Source: Candidatus Caenarcanales bacterium (GTDB lineage Bacteria > Cyanobacteriota > Vampirovibrionia > LMEP-6097). Taken from it: a stretch of DNA of 64,000 bases. Position 1 is the stretch's first letter; each line of letters opens with the position of its first letter. A model generated the notes under the pieces. That model was not told the DNA's origin and did not search any database. It was given only the letters and a program-made list of their open reading frames with translations. The stretch is from the NCBI GenBank assembly GCA_013216135.1, contig JABSOS010000005.1:140682-204681 (forward strand), read 5' to 3'. Positions 19,741 through 30,693 of the stretch are shown one piece after another. The position numbers and the translations under genes were made by a program.

Positions 19741-21648
19741 ATGTGTGGAATCGTCTCTTATGTAGGTTCTGAGCCTAAAGCTGCTAGGTTACTTCTTCAA
19801 GGTCTAAAAAGTCTTGAGTATAGAGGTTATGATTCCTCTGGCATTGCTTTATTAAATGATTCAGTTAAAGTTTATAAGAATAAAGGTAAGATTTTAGATC
19901 TTGAGAAGAATATTTATTCTTTATCAGAGCAGGAGCAGAGTGAAGTCGAGCAAAGCATTTGTGGGATTGGTCATACACGTTGGGCTACTCATGGTGAGCC
20001 TAATGATGTAAATGCTCATCCTCACCTAGACAGTGATGCATCTTTGGCTATAGTCCATAATGGAATTATTCGTAATTACCAAAGCCTCAGATCAGAATTG
20101 GAGACTAAAGGCTTTGTCTTCAAGAGTGATACCGATACTGAAGTTATCGCTAATATGTTTTCTTCAATAAGAAAAGAGTTATTGAGTATTAATGCTTACG
20201 AGGATTTTAAAGCTTTGCGCGAGCTGAGTTCTCGTCTGGAAGGTAGTTATGCACTAGCAATAATAATTAATGACTCTAATTTAAATGACGTCACTAAGCC
20301 TGTGAAAAGAATTTTACTTGCTAAAAATGAGTCTCCACTTGTAATTGGAATTGGTGATCAAGAAAACTTTGCAGCTAGTGACAGTGACACTGTTTTACAG
20401 TTCACAGATAAAATTGTGCGCTTAGCTGATAAAGAACTTGCTGTTATCAGTAAAAATACTATTGAGATCCAAGACTTTGATGGTAATGAGATTAAACCTA
20501 TTATTGAAGTACTGAAGCAGAATGATTCTATTATGGATAAAAAAGGTTATAAACATTTCTTACTTAAAGAGATTTATGAGCAGCCTACTGTTTTATCTAA
20601 AATGCTCTCATTGATTGAAGATCAATCATTTACTAATTTCAAATTAATGGATTTTCAAATTGATTTTACCAATATAGAGAAGGTTTATTGCATAGCTTGT
20701 GGCTCGGCTTATCATTCAGCTCAAGTTCTCAAATCGATACTCGGTACTTGGGCAGCAATTCCTGTGGAAGTGATTATCGCTAGTGAGTTTAATTACCAGG
20801 TGAATTTTTTGTCTGAGAAAGATTTGGTTGTAGGAATCAGTCAGTCTGGGGAAACAGCTGATACTATACTTGCTCTTCAGAGAGCTAAGAAAACAGGTGC
20901 AAACTTGCTAGCTATCACTAATAGACCAGCTTCTGCAATTAATAACTTATGTGGAGTTAATACTTATATCACCCCTGCTGATATTGAGATTTCTGTAGCT
21001 TCTACGAAAGCTTATACTTCACAAATTCTTGCTCATTATCTTTTAGCCTTACAGATTGCAGTTGCTAGAAAAGCTCTTGCTGAAGAGTTCTTTAACGAGA
21101 TTTTACATAATTTGAAAATGCTACCAGTACTTATAGAGCAGACTTTACACCGTGCAAATGCTTATAAAGAGCAAAGTTTAAACTACGCTAACTATAAAGA
21201 TTTTATATTTTTGAGTCGTGGAATTAACCATGTGACAGCGATGGAAGGAGCACTTAAATTAAAAGAGCTAAGCTATGCGCATGCTACAGCTTATCCTAGT
21301 GGTGAATTGAAACATGGTCCTATAGCGATTCTTGATGAAAATGTTCCAGTGATAAGCATCTCGATTCCTAGTAAGTATGAGGATGAGCAAGTTACAGCTG
21401 AGAAGGTGATTCACAACGCTCTAGAAGCTAAGACAAGAAAGGCTCCAAGTATTTTACTCACTACAGATTCTAACCAAGATCATGTAAGTGAATTTGATTT
21501 AGTTGTACGTATTCCTGATATAGACCAGGTCTTTAGTCCGATACTCGCTACTATTCCACTTCAATTCTGGGCTTATTATATTGCTGAAGATTTAGGTAAG
21601 GATGTTGATCAGCCACGTAATCTTGCTAAGTCGGTTACCGTGGAGTAA
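19741..21648 (+). CDS. glmS: Glutamine-fructose-6-phosphate aminotransferase
   Basis: MCGIV, GHTRWATHG, SQSGETAD, C-terminal PRNLAKSVTVE. Confidence 0.98.
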   Translation: MCGIVSYVGSEPKAARLLLQGLKSLEYRGYDSSGIALLNDSVKVYKNKGKILDLEKNIYSLSEQEQSEVEQSICGIGHTRWATHGEPNDVNAHPHLDSDASLAIVHNGIIRNYQSLRSELETKGFVFKSDTDTEVIANMFSSIRKELLSINAYEDFKALRELSSRLEGSYALAIIINDSNLNDVTKPVKRILLAKNESPLVIGIGDQENFAASDSDTVLQFTDKIVRLADKELAVISKNTIEIQDFDGNEIKPIIEVLKQNDSIMDKKGYKHFLLKEIYEQPTVLSKMLSLIEDQSFTNFKLMDFQIDFTNIEKVYCIACGSAYHSAQVLKSILGTWAAIPVEVIIASEFNYQVNFLSEKDLVVGISQSGETADTILALQRAKKTGANLLAITNRPASAINNLCGVNTYITPADIEISVASTKAYTSQILAHYLLALQIAVARKALAEEFFNEILHNLKMLPVLIEQTLHRANAYKEQSLNYANYKDFIFLSRGINHVTAMEGALKLKELSYAHATAYPSGELKHGPIAILDENVPVISISIPSKYEDEQVTAEKVIHNALEAKTRKAPSILLTTDSNQDHVSEFDLVVRIPDIDQVFSPILATIPLQFWAYYIAEDLGKDVDQPRNLAKSVTVE

Positions 21649-21697
21649 TTTATAATAATATATGTATTAATAAATTCGTGGTAAGATAATAATCACA

Positions 21698-22963
21698 ATG
21701 GTTGCAAATCCACTTTCAGAAAGATCAGTTGAGAATATATGGAGTAAATATAAATATTCAAATAAGAATTTACTTGAATATAATCCTGATCAATTTAGTA
21801 GGGATAATCTTTTGTTTAAAATGGGTCAATCGTCAAATTCTAAGGCTAGACGTCTTGGGGTTGATATAGGTAAGCCTGAAGAAGTCCCAGGAAAAGAATC
21901 TGATTCATCAAATAGAGATTTACGTGTTAATGCTCTATTTGAACTTGCGTGCAAGAATGGTGAAACTTTTTTTTCGAATCCTTTGAACACTGACTATAAA
22001 CCATCTAAATATGAACAATATTTGGCTACTTACCTAAAATCAGGAATTCAAGCTGTGAAAGATTTGGTTGGAAAGGAAGGATACCCTAGGAATGAAGCTC
22101 CAATTATAACTGGTCTTAAAAAGCAAATTCAGAAGCTTATTCATAACTATTGTGAATATTTTGATCCAGCAGGTGAGGATGAGGGCTATGGTAAAATCTC
22201 CAAGATTGATGATCGTGGTATTAGAGTAGATAAAGGGGGAATTTTCTTTAATCCAGGTAAATATCATTATAGATCAACTTTACCTAAGGGGTTTATTTAT
22301 GATGAGAGTAATAGGGAATTTGTTTTAGAACTAATTGAAGATATTACTAAGAAATTTTTTCCTGATAAATTTGTAGGAGAAGATTTTCATGAAATAGAAG
22401 TTGAACATAAAGTTAATACTTCTCAAGCCGAATACCAGTCAAATCAAAATACTGTGCCTGTTGAAACAGATGTAAACAATGTAGATGATAATAAAACTAT
22501 TAATGAAACCCTACAAGCTCAAGAGAAAGTTATTGAACCCGAAAGTTTAGAGCAAGATGAGCACGAGGTTAAATTGAATAAGTTACTAGAATTAATGAAA
22601 ATAAGGAATAATCAAAGTCATTTTGGTTTGCTTAATACATCTGCTGGCTCAAAAAGCAGTTTAGAAGAATATTTAAAACAACATGGTCTTGAACCATGGA
22701 CTGTAATCGATGGTTATAAAGCCTATGAGAATACAAATATGAATTTTATAAACCGCAAGGTTGAGCTGGCTACCAAGAAAAGTGACGCAAAGGATCTAAT
22801 AGAAAAGATTACTAAAGCATACTCTCGCATTTTCTCAAATGATGAAGCTAAATTGAATAAGCTTAAGGACTATCAGTTTGGTTTTTACCGTGACCATCAG
22901 TGGAATAAACCTGATGCAGTAATTGACTTACTTCAAGATCTTGCAGATGCATTACTAAAGTAA
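21698..22963 (+). CDS. Hypothetical protein
   Basis: 421-aa ORF, hydrophilic, no motif recognised. Confidence 0.7.
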   Translation: MVANPLSERSVENIWSKYKYSNKNLLEYNPDQFSRDNLLFKMGQSSNSKARRLGVDIGKPEEVPGKESDSSNRDLRVNALFELACKNGETFFSNPLNTDYKPSKYEQYLATYLKSGIQAVKDLVGKEGYPRNEAPIITGLKKQIQKLIHNYCEYFDPAGEDEGYGKISKIDDRGIRVDKGGIFFNPGKYHYRSTLPKGFIYDESNREFVLELIEDITKKFFPDKFVGEDFHEIEVEHKVNTSQAEYQSNQNTVPVETDVNNVDDNKTINETLQAQEKVIEPESLEQDEHEVKLNKLLELMKIRNNQSHFGLLNTSAGSKSSLEEYLKQHGLEPWTVIDGYKAYENTNMNFINRKVELATKKSDAKDLIEKITKAYSRIFSNDEAKLNKLKDYQFGFYRDHQWNKPDAVIDLLQDLADALLK

Positions 22964-23704
22964 CTAATCTTTATAAACATCAGAAACAGTATTAAAACTA
23001 GACAAAGTATTCTTCAGCGCTTCAATCTGATTAGCTAAAGCATCCTTAATGCTATTAGGATTCTCTTCTTTATCTTTTTCAACGTCTCTAATTTGATTGT
23101 TGATATCTTTGATACCTTTTTTGATATCATCCTGTACTAAACCATATTCAATACTAGTTACAGTGTTCTTAACTGATTCTTCTAACTTTGCTTTATATTC
23201 AAGAGTTTCTTGTCTATTTAAATAAGCTATAGACTCATTTGCAAAGTCTTTAGTTAACTGAAGTGTATCTAAAAGTAATCTGCTAGCGTATTTCGTAATG
23301 TACGAGACTTGTGAGTTATGACCATGTTTAGTAGGGTTGCTTAAAATGTGAAATTGAGTGATCTCTAAAACCTGTCCACCACCACCTTCTACATCAGTAA
23401 TGATTCTTGCTTGAATATCATTTTTATCTAGTACTATACCTTTTTGAGTGATTAAACCTTCAATGGCGACTTGATCAGTATTTGCGATAGGAAAGATTTT
23501 TAACACTTTACCGATTTTCGCTCCACCTAAATAGACTGGTGCACCACGACTAAGTCCAGAAATATTATCAACACTAATCGCAAATTTTCTTTTATCTTCT
23601 CTGTGGCTAAAGAGATTCCACATAAAATATACAAGAGCAATTATTAGCAAAAATGAAACTACTTTTTGAATAAAAAATCTAAGTATTCCCCACAGTAATT
23701 GCAT
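22964..23704 (-). CDS. MlaD/MCE-domain protein
   Basis: N-terminal TM anchor, ISGLSRGAPVYLGGAKIGKV MCE signature, C-terminal coiled coil. Confidence 0.8.
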   Translation of the reverse strand: MQLLWGILRFFIQKVVSFLLIIALVYFMWNLFSHREDKRKFAISVDNISGLSRGAPVYLGGAKIGKVLKIFPIANTDQVAIEGLITQKGIVLDKNDIQARIITDVEGGGGQVLEITQFHILSNPTKHGHNSQVSYITKYASRLLLDTLQLTKDFANESIAYLNRQETLEYKAKLEESVKNTVTSIEYGLVQDDIKKGIKDINNQIRDVEKDKEENPNSIKDALANQIEALKNTLSSFNTVSDVYKD

Positions 23705-23761
23705 TTTGTTTTTAACCTCTTTAGCCTATTTTACAGAAGAACTGTTTTTAGTCAATTTTTT

Positions 23762-25705
23762 CTAGTCAACTTGGCTAGCTTTGAATTCAGCATCAATTAC
23801 ATCGTCATCATCATTAGCAGATGAACTAGATGATGTCTGTTCTTCACTAGGACCAGCAGAAGCACCTGCTGCTGCATCGTCTTGAGCAAATGGAGCCATA
23901 GCTTTATTAAGTTCCATCATCGCATTTTGGATATCAACTGATTTTTGAGTTAAATCTTCAAGAGGTGATTTGTTCTTAACAGCATCGCGTAATTGATTAG
24001 CAACGTCTTCTAATTTATCAGCTTCATTTTTAACTTTGTCAGCAAATGGTTTATCTTTTAATTCACTTAAAAGTTTCTCAGCACCGTAAACATTGCTGTC
24101 AGCTTTATTTAACTCATCAGCATATTTTTTGAACTCTTCGTCTTCTTTCTTTCTAGCTTCAGCTTCTTCAACCATTCTGTCGATATCAGAATCTGAAAGA
24201 TTAGTCGTAGCTGTAATAGAGATTTTCTGCTCTTTACCAGAGTTAGTATCCTTAGCTGAAACATTTAAAATACCGTTTGCATCGATATCAAAAGTTACCT
24301 CAATCTTAGGCATACCTCTAGGCGCGCTAGGAATATCATCTAATCTGAAGTCACCTAATAATTTGTTCTCAGAAGCTCTAGATCTTTCTCCCTGATAGAC
24401 TTTGATATCTACACTTGTTTGGTTATCTTCTGCTGTACTGAAAGTCTCAGACTTCTTAGTAGGAATAGTCGTGTTTCTTTCGATAAGTTTAGTCATTACA
24501 CCACCTAAAGTTTCAATACCTAAACTAAGTGGAGTTACGTCTAAAAGAACTACGTCTTTAACATCACCAGCTAGAACACCACCTTGGATAGCTGCACCCA
24601 TAGCAACAACTTCATCAGGGTTAACACCTTGGTTAGGTTCCTTACCTGTAATATCTTTAACGATCTTCTTAACAGCAGGGATTCTAGTAGAACCACCAAC
24701 TAAAACAACTTCGTCTATCTCAGAGATGTTAACGTCAGCGTCTTTGATTGCTTGGTTAAGAGGACCTTTTAATTTATCAAATAGTTTGTCACAAAGTGTT
24801 TCAAACTTAGATCTAGAAATAGAAGTTTCTAAGTGTTTAGGACCAGAAGCGTCAGCTGTAATAAATGGAAGGCTAACAGTACTTTCACTTAAAGTAGAAA
24901 GTTCAATCTTAACTTTCTCTGCTGCTTCAGTAAGTCTTTGTAATGCTTGAGAATCTTGCTTAAGATCAATACCATTACTATTTTTAAAGTCTTCAGCGAT
25001 GTAATCTACGATTACTGTATCAAAGTCATCACCACCGAGTCTAGAATCACCAGCTGTAGCTTTAACTTCAAATACGCCGTCACCTAATTCAAGAATACTA
25101 ACGTCAAAAGTACCACCACCTAAGTCAAATACTAAGATAGTAGAATCATCTTTTTTATCTAAACCATAAGCAAGCGCTGCTGCTGTAGGCTCATTGATAA
25201 TTCTAAGAACTTCAAGCCCAGCAATTTTACCAGCATCTTTCGTAGCTTGTCTTTGAGAGTCATTAAAGTAAGCAGGTACAGTAATTACTGCATGGTTAAC
25301 GCTTTGACCTAAGTAAGATTCAGCATCTTCTTTTAATTTTCTAAGAACTTCAGCAGAAATTTCTTGAGGTGTGTAGTCTTTACCAGCTACTTTAATATCT
25401 ACTGAATTATTTTTTCCTTTAATAGTTTCGTAAGGAAGTGCCTCTAAAACATCAGCAACTTCATCCCAGCTATGTCCGATTAAACGTTTAGCACTGAAAA
25501 TAGTTTCGGTAGGCTTCATTACACGACCACGCTTTGCAATCTGCCCTACTGTAATAGTGTCTCCGAAAGCTACTACTGAAGGAGTAGTTCTTGCACCCTC
25601 TGAGTTAGGGATTACAGTCCCCTGTCCACCTTCCATAACTGCTACACAAGAGTTAGTGGTACCTAAGTCAATTCCTAATACTTTTCCGTCTATTTTATTA
25701 CCCAT
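23762..25705 (-). CDS. dnaK: Chaperone DnaK (Hsp70)
   Basis: [34 protein letters not shown]; start re-called at ATG 25705. Confidence 0.97.
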   Translation of the reverse strand: MGNKIDGKVLGIDLGTTNSCVAVMEGGQGTVIPNSEGARTTPSVVAFGDTITVGQIAKRGRVMKPTETIFSAKRLIGHSWDEVADVLEALPYETIKGKNNSVDIKVAGKDYTPQEISAEVLRKLKEDAESYLGQSVNHAVITVPAYFNDSQRQATKDAGKIAGLEVLRIINEPTAAALAYGLDKKDDSTILVFDLGGGTFDVSILELGDGVFEVKATAGDSRLGGDDFDTVIVDYIAEDFKNSNGIDLKQDSQALQRLTEAAEKVKIELSTLSESTVSLPFITADASGPKHLETSISRSKFETLCDKLFDKLKGPLNQAIKDADVNISEIDEVVLVGGSTRIPAVKKIVKDITGKEPNQGVNPDEVVAMGAAIQGGVLAGDVKDVVLLDVTPLSLGIETLGGVMTKLIERNTTIPTKKSETFSTAEDNQTSVDIKVYQGERSRASENKLLGDFRLDDIPSAPRGMPKIEVTFDIDANGILNVSAKDTNSGKEQKISITATTNLSDSDIDRMVEEAEARKKEDEEFKKYADELNKADSNVYGAEKLLSELKDKPFADKVKNEADKLEDVANQLRDAVKNKSPLEDLTQKSVDIQNAMMELNKAMAPFAQDDAAAGASAGPSEEQTSSSSSANDDDDVIDAEFKASQVD

Positions 25706-25738
25706 AGCGAAAATTATTATATCAAAACTAATTTTTAG

Positions 25739-25757
25739 ATTCACAGCTTATGTGAAT
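25739..25757. promoter_or_regulatory. Palindrome ATTCACA-N5-TGTGAAT between divergent dnaK and ssb
   Basis: Perfect 7-bp inverted repeat in a 90-bp divergent intergenic region. Confidence 0.35.
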
Positions 25758-25795
25758 TGCGAAAAAAAATAATTATTTGTTAATATGGGTTATTA

Positions 25796-26146
25796 ATGCA
25801 AAAAGAAAAAAGAGTTAATAACATTATCGTTGTCGGCAGAGCTGGCCGTGACCCTGAGATCAGATACTTTGAGTCTGGTTCATGTGTAGCTGATTTTTCT
25901 TTAGCAGTTAATCGTCCTACTAAGAACAAAGAAACTGATTGGTTCAATATTAAAATATGGGGACGCCAAGCTGAAATCGCTGGTGAGTATGTAAAGAAAG
26001 GTTCTTTAATCGCTATTGAAGGTGAGATTGATTTTGAAACTTGGACCGATAAAAATTCAGGTGCTGAGCAGAAGAAGTCTGTTATTAGCGCTTCTAATCT
26101 TCGTCTTCTAGGTGGCAAAGCTGAGAATCAGGCTGCTGGGTTTTAA
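25796..26146 (+). CDS. ssb: Single-stranded DNA-binding protein (short form)
   Basis: VGRAGRDPEIRYFESG, ETDWFNIKIWG, YVKKGSLIAIEG. Confidence 0.95.
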   Translation: MQKEKRVNNIIVVGRAGRDPEIRYFESGSCVADFSLAVNRPTKNKETDWFNIKIWGRQAEIAGEYVKKGSLIAIEGEIDFETWTDKNSGAEQKKSVISASNLRLLGGKAENQAAGF

Positions 26147-26196
26147 GACCTTTTTACTGGAAAAGTAGTTGCGCCGTTATCTTTGCAAAAGGTTTT

Positions 26197-27642
26197 TTAG
26201 AAGAGTTTAAAAAACTTATTAAATATTCCCCCTTTCGAAGGTTCATTGTAGGTACTTTTGTTTTCACGAACAATTTTTGTTAAGGATTCGCTTATTGCAT
26301 CTTCAAGTATTGCAAATATAGCTGTGTCTTTATTTGCAGAGTTATATTTACTTTTCAGGGTTTTCTCAAATAAACCCCACTGAATATCAGAGTTTTCTTT
26401 TGTTAGTATTTCATTTGCATCAATTTCTTTAGATCCTACTCTGATAGCTGGTATAGCCTGAAATAAGTTCTTATAAAGATTTTGTAGTTTATTTGCATAT
26501 GGTGTGTCCTGTCTTCTGGATTGTATGTTTGTAGAAAATTTTTGACCAGAATCGTCAGAGTGTTCTACTGGTATGACTACTGAATTTTCGTCTTTATTAA
26601 GATTGTTTAGTATTGGGATAGTATCCTCATGGGCAGCTCCGTGAATATAAATAATTACGCTTTCTGGTGACTTATTTTTTAATGATGAAATATCAGCTAC
26701 TTGCAGCAGATTCCTGTGCTTTAAGGTATATACATGTCTTTGATAACTTTCAATATGTGATTGATTTAAGCTAGTAATTAAATCTTGGAGGTTTATGTCT
26801 TTTTTGGTTTTTTTAGATAGATTTTGTAAGCTCATACTATTAAATTTAGAATCGACAAGAGGATGCGGTGCTTTTAAATATGTAGATGCTTTATCAATAT
26901 AGGAAATATCTATGTTGGTTCCCTGTAGTCGTTTTTTTTCAACATTTTTAATAATTCCAGCGACAAAATTAATTATTTTAATATCTATTTTAGAAATTTC
27001 TGCTAACTTATTTTCAGCATTTGTTTTTTCTTCACCCTCAAGTAAATTTAAATCAAGCTGAGCTTGAAGCTTACCAATTTTTTCAGCCACTTTTATGAAC
27101 TTATCATTTTCAGGATTATTAATCATTTCAAGCGCTAAAATGATTTTCTTGTCAGGATTTTCTTCACATGTAGTATCTATAATTTCGTTGATTTGCCTTA
27201 AATAATTAACATCATGAAGATGCGGTATTGCAATCAAATCTTTATCTTTAATAGCTAATTTGATTTCTTCTTTCAAATCAGAGTAAGGATCTTTTAGACT
27301 ATTTATTGATTCACTTTCATCTAACATATCTAAGATAAAGTTAGGCAAAGCATAACCTCCAAATCTTTGGGGGAATGTGTCATTTAGATCTGGGTGACCA
27401 ACGCGGTTTAAATATCTTATTTTTTCTTCTTGAGGATCGTTTTTATTAGCTGTATTAATATAAGCAAAATCTAAAGGAGTGATTTTGTTTGTGTGCAACA
27501 GGTTAAGGTAATATTTGCTTTGAGTATTTTTTGACCCAGAGAAGTTTTCAGGCTTAAAAGTTTGTTCTTCTATATTACCTTTTCTATTTAATTTTTGGTT
27601 CTCTGTAAGAGTTGATTGTTGTTTTATTTCAATTTTAGACAT
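26197..27642 (-). CDS. Hypothetical protein, possible ChaN/EreA/Tiki-like fold
   Basis: 481-aa ORF; IPHLHD...LALEM...IHGAAH pattern. Confidence 0.6.
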   Translation of the reverse strand: MSKIEIKQQSTLTENQKLNRKGNIEEQTFKPENFSGSKNTQSKYYLNLLHTNKITPLDFAYINTANKNDPQEEKIRYLNRVGHPDLNDTFPQRFGGYALPNFILDMLDESESINSLKDPYSDLKEEIKLAIKDKDLIAIPHLHDVNYLRQINEIIDTTCEENPDKKIILALEMINNPENDKFIKVAEKIGKLQAQLDLNLLEGEEKTNAENKLAEISKIDIKIINFVAGIIKNVEKKRLQGTNIDISYIDKASTYLKAPHPLVDSKFNSMSLQNLSKKTKKDINLQDLITSLNQSHIESYQRHVYTLKHRNLLQVADISSLKNKSPESVIIYIHGAAHEDTIPILNNLNKDENSVVIPVEHSDDSGQKFSTNIQSRRQDTPYANKLQNLYKNLFQAIPAIRVGSKEIDANEILTKENSDIQWGLFEKTLKSKYNSANKDTAIFAILEDAISESLTKIVRENKSTYNEPSKGGIFNKFFKLF

Positions 27643-27976
27643 TATAAGAGTTCCTCAGCACAAGGTTCTTAAGATAATATCATGCCTCCTTGGAATATAT
27701 AAAGATAAATAAGCCTCTGATTTATAAAAATTAAGGTTACTTTAGTTAAATTAAGATTTATTATTGGACTTGGACTCTTTTTAAACCAAAATGTGACAGT
27801 GCACTATTTCCAACTTTGTAAGTAGACACAAGAAATAGAATAAGATAAACCCCTTATGAGAACCTTTCTCAAAAAGGTTTTTGGGGTTTTGCGCATAAAA
27901 TTATTCTTTGCAAAAAGCTAAAGATTACAATTCTGTAAATAAAAACAGAAAAGTTAAGAAATCTCCTATTTTTTTG

Positions 27977-28004
27977 TGGACATTTCGAAAGCTATTGGTA
28001 GAAT
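27977..28004 (+). promoter_or_regulatory. Candidate sigma70 promoter of the respiratory operon
   Basis: TGGACA-N16-TAGAAT with a TGn extended -10, 16 nt before the ccoN ATG. Confidence 0.45.
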
Positions 28005-28020
28005 GTAGCTGTAAAGGTAT

Positions 28021-29418
28021 ATGATCCGAAGAATTTTTAGTAGTGAAGAGGGAAGTGCAGCGAAATTTTTCATGTTTTCGGCGATAGTTTGGCTTATTGT
28101 CGGTATGGGTGCTGGTCTTCTAGGTGCGTTAGAGTTTTCATTCCCGGACCTAACTAAGGGAGTTGCTCAACTTTCGTTTACGAGGTTGAGACCTGCGCAT
28201 GTGAATACAGTAGCTTTTGGTTGGCTGTCTATGGCTAATATTGGTGCGTGTTTATATATCATACCTGCACTATGTAAAACTAAGCTTTTCTCTGAGAAAT
28301 TGGCCAATTTTTCTTGTTATTTATGGAATATAGGTATTTTCGTAGGTATGCTTACCCTTCTAAATGGATACACGGAAGGAAGAGAGTACGCTGAATACAG
28401 AGAGCCTATAGATATTCTATTTGTTGTAGCTCTTGGTTCTGTTTCATATAATCTTTTTAGAACGCTTTTAAATAGAACAGTTAAAAAACTTTATGTTTCT
28501 GTTTGGTATATTATGGGTGCCTTTTTCTGGATGCCGATCATATTTATCGTAGGTAATAGAACTTTTGTTGCTATGGAAGGTTTAAACGACGGTATCCTTA
28601 ACTGGTTTTATGGACACAATATTTTAGGTATGTGGTTTACGGTACTAGGTGTAGGTATCGCTTATTATATGCTCCCTAAGATGAGTGGTAAGCCGATTTG
28701 GAGTCACAGTTTATCGATGTTCGGTTTCTGGACTATTGCATTTTTCTATGCACCTACTGGTACTCACCATTTGTTACAGTCACCAGTTCCTGAGTGGCTT
28801 AAAGCTCTTGCTGTAATTTTCTCAGCAGCATTAGTTATTCCTGTTATTTCAGTATTAGTTAACTTTTATATGACTATGAAGGGAAGTTGGTGGATGCTAA
28901 CTACTAATATGCCTATAAGATTTGTTCTTACAGGTGCGTTTTGGTATTTAGTAACTTGTTTACAAGGGCCATTCCAAGCTACTAGAGGTGTTAACTGGTA
29001 CATTCACTTTACTCAGTGGGTAGTTGGTCACGCACATGCAGCGTTATTAGGTACTTTTACTTTCTTTGTAATTGGTGCTATTTATTATGGTTTACAAAGA
29101 CTTACAGGCAAAAGAATCTATAGTGTTCGCTTAGTTAAGTGGCATTTCTGGTTACTACTCATAGGATTCTTCCTTTTCTTTGCTAGTTTAACTATTGGTG
29201 GTTTACAACAAGCTGTTGGTTGGGCTTTAGGTTACCCTGTCGCTCAGTGGGGCTTAGTACTTCCTCCTATGTGGCTTGTTAGAAGTATTGGTGGAGTTTT
29301 AATGTTCTTAAGTAGTTGTTTATTTGGATTTAATATCTATATGACTATGAGAGAGAAGCCTATTTCATCTGAGTTAGAAATTAAAGTTGCAGTTCCGATT
29401 GAAGGAGATTCTAAGTAA
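28021..29418 (+). CDS. ccoN: cbb3-type (C-family) heme-copper oxidase subunit I
   Basis: RLRPAHVN, GREYAE, NWFYGHN, GTHHL, WVVGHAH. Confidence 0.95.
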   Translation: MIRRIFSSEEGSAAKFFMFSAIVWLIVGMGAGLLGALEFSFPDLTKGVAQLSFTRLRPAHVNTVAFGWLSMANIGACLYIIPALCKTKLFSEKLANFSCYLWNIGIFVGMLTLLNGYTEGREYAEYREPIDILFVVALGSVSYNLFRTLLNRTVKKLYVSVWYIMGAFFWMPIIFIVGNRTFVAMEGLNDGILNWFYGHNILGMWFTVLGVGIAYYMLPKMSGKPIWSHSLSMFGFWTIAFFYAPTGTHHLLQSPVPEWLKALAVIFSAALVIPVISVLVNFYMTMKGSWWMLTTNMPIRFVLTGAFWYLVTCLQGPFQATRGVNWYIHFTQWVVGHAHAALLGTFTFFVIGAIYYGLQRLTGKRIYSVRLVKWHFWLLLIGFFLFFASLTIGGLQQAVGWALGYPVAQWGLVLPPMWLVRSIGGVLMFLSSCLFGFNIYMTMREKPISSELEIKVAVPIEGDSK

Positions 29419-29420
29419 AA

Positions 29421-30503
29421 ATGTCAGAAGATAAGAATTCAAACGAAAATAAGTCAGTAGGTGCAAAAGGTTATATTCTTCCTGCTATAGTTGTTGCATT
29501 TTCATTTGCGATAATTTATACAGTTGTTGTTGCTATACCGAATTTACCTTCATTAAAGTCTGAGCCTAGTAAATATGCGATGGAGTATGTTGAGAAGGAA
29601 GCAGATGGAACTATAAAAAGAGATGAGCAAGGTTTACCTGTATTAAATGATGCTGGTAAAGGTAGAGCTATCTACGTTAGAGAAGGTTGTTTCTATTGTC
29701 ACTCTCAATTCGTAAGACCACAGGATAGAGACTTTGGTTCAAGAGTATTTGCTGGTGACTATGCTAACGAAACTCCTAACGTTTTAGGTACTTCTAGAAC
29801 TGGTCCTGATCTTTCTAACGAAGGTGGAAAATTACCTGACGAATGGCACGTAGGTCACTTAAAGAACCCTAGAGAATATAATCCTGGTTCGATAATGCCA
29901 TCATTTAGTTATTTACCTGATGAAGATTTAGGTTATCTGGTTTCTTACTTACAGACTTTAGGTAGAAAGAGAATGGATGATCCAGAGAATAGACATATCT
30001 ATGAAGCTTATTACCCTGAAGCTGATGAAGCTTTCTGGCACGCTTCCGAGCATCATAAACCTAATGTTGATAGTGCAGCTGCGGCTAATGCTGGAGCGGG
30101 TATCTTTAGACAGAACTGTGCAGTGTGCCACGGTCTGAATGGTTTAGGTAACGGTCCTAACGCTTTAGCTATGGCTAAAAAACCTGCTAATTTCTCAAGA
30201 CCTTACTATAAAGCTTATTCTGATAAGACTTGGTATTGGAGAGTTGCTGAAGGTGTTCCTGGAACAAGAATGCCTAGATGGAAACTTAAGCTAGAGCCTG
30301 AACAGATGTGGTATCTAGTAGCTTTCCTTAAGACATTACCTCAGGATAAATCACCTATCATTGAACCTTATCAGACTATTGATTCTGAAGCTTGGCAGTC
30401 ACAATCTGCTTTACCTGAAAGAATTACTGATAATTATGAAAAGTTAGCTAAGAATAAGAAAAAAGGTGGTAAATCATCTAAGGGAGGACACGGTGGACAC
30501 TAA
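29421..30503 (+). CDS. ccoO: cbb3 oxidase subunit II fused to an extra c-type heme domain
   Basis: YVREGCFYCHSQFVRP, GTSRTGPDL, PGSIMP; second CAVCH domain with GTRMP. Confidence 0.92.
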   Translation: MSEDKNSNENKSVGAKGYILPAIVVAFSFAIIYTVVVAIPNLPSLKSEPSKYAMEYVEKEADGTIKRDEQGLPVLNDAGKGRAIYVREGCFYCHSQFVRPQDRDFGSRVFAGDYANETPNVLGTSRTGPDLSNEGGKLPDEWHVGHLKNPREYNPGSIMPSFSYLPDEDLGYLVSYLQTLGRKRMDDPENRHIYEAYYPEADEAFWHASEHHKPNVDSAAAANAGAGIFRQNCAVCHGLNGLGNGPNALAMAKKPANFSRPYYKAYSDKTWYWRVAEGVPGTRMPRWKLKLEPEQMWYLVAFLKTLPQDKSPIIEPYQTIDSEAWQSQSALPERITDNYEKLAKNKKKGGKSSKGGHGGH

Positions 30504-30681
30504 TCTTCTTTTAGAATTCAGAGAATGGATTTTAGCTACATTTAATAAAGAAGGTATCGCTATCTTCTGTTTACTTTGTATTAGTTTCTTCGGTATCGCG
30601 AGCATACTTGCATACTGGGGCTTTAGAACTGGGCAGTTCAAAGATATTGAAGCTGCTAAGTTGGAGATGATGGACTGCTAG
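30493..30681 (+). CDS. ccoS: CcoS/FixS-like cbb3 maturation protein
   Basis: One TM helix then WGFRTGQFKDIE (CcoS GQF.D.E motif); GTG start after SD GGGAGG. Confidence 0.75.
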   Translation: MDTNLLLEFREWILATFNKEGIAIFCLLCISFFGIASILAYWGFRTGQFKDIEAAKLEMMDC

Positions 30682-30693
30682 GAGATTTTAATT

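Noticed and set aside
24093-26118. Antisense ORFs over dnaK and ssb (also over pepA, the metzincins, the M16 protease and flg genes)
   Set aside because: Shadow frames of well-conserved genes, with no independent motifs.
27661-28020. FNR/CRP box upstream of ccoN
   Set aside because: Only a half-site (TGTGA at about 27792) without a matching second half.
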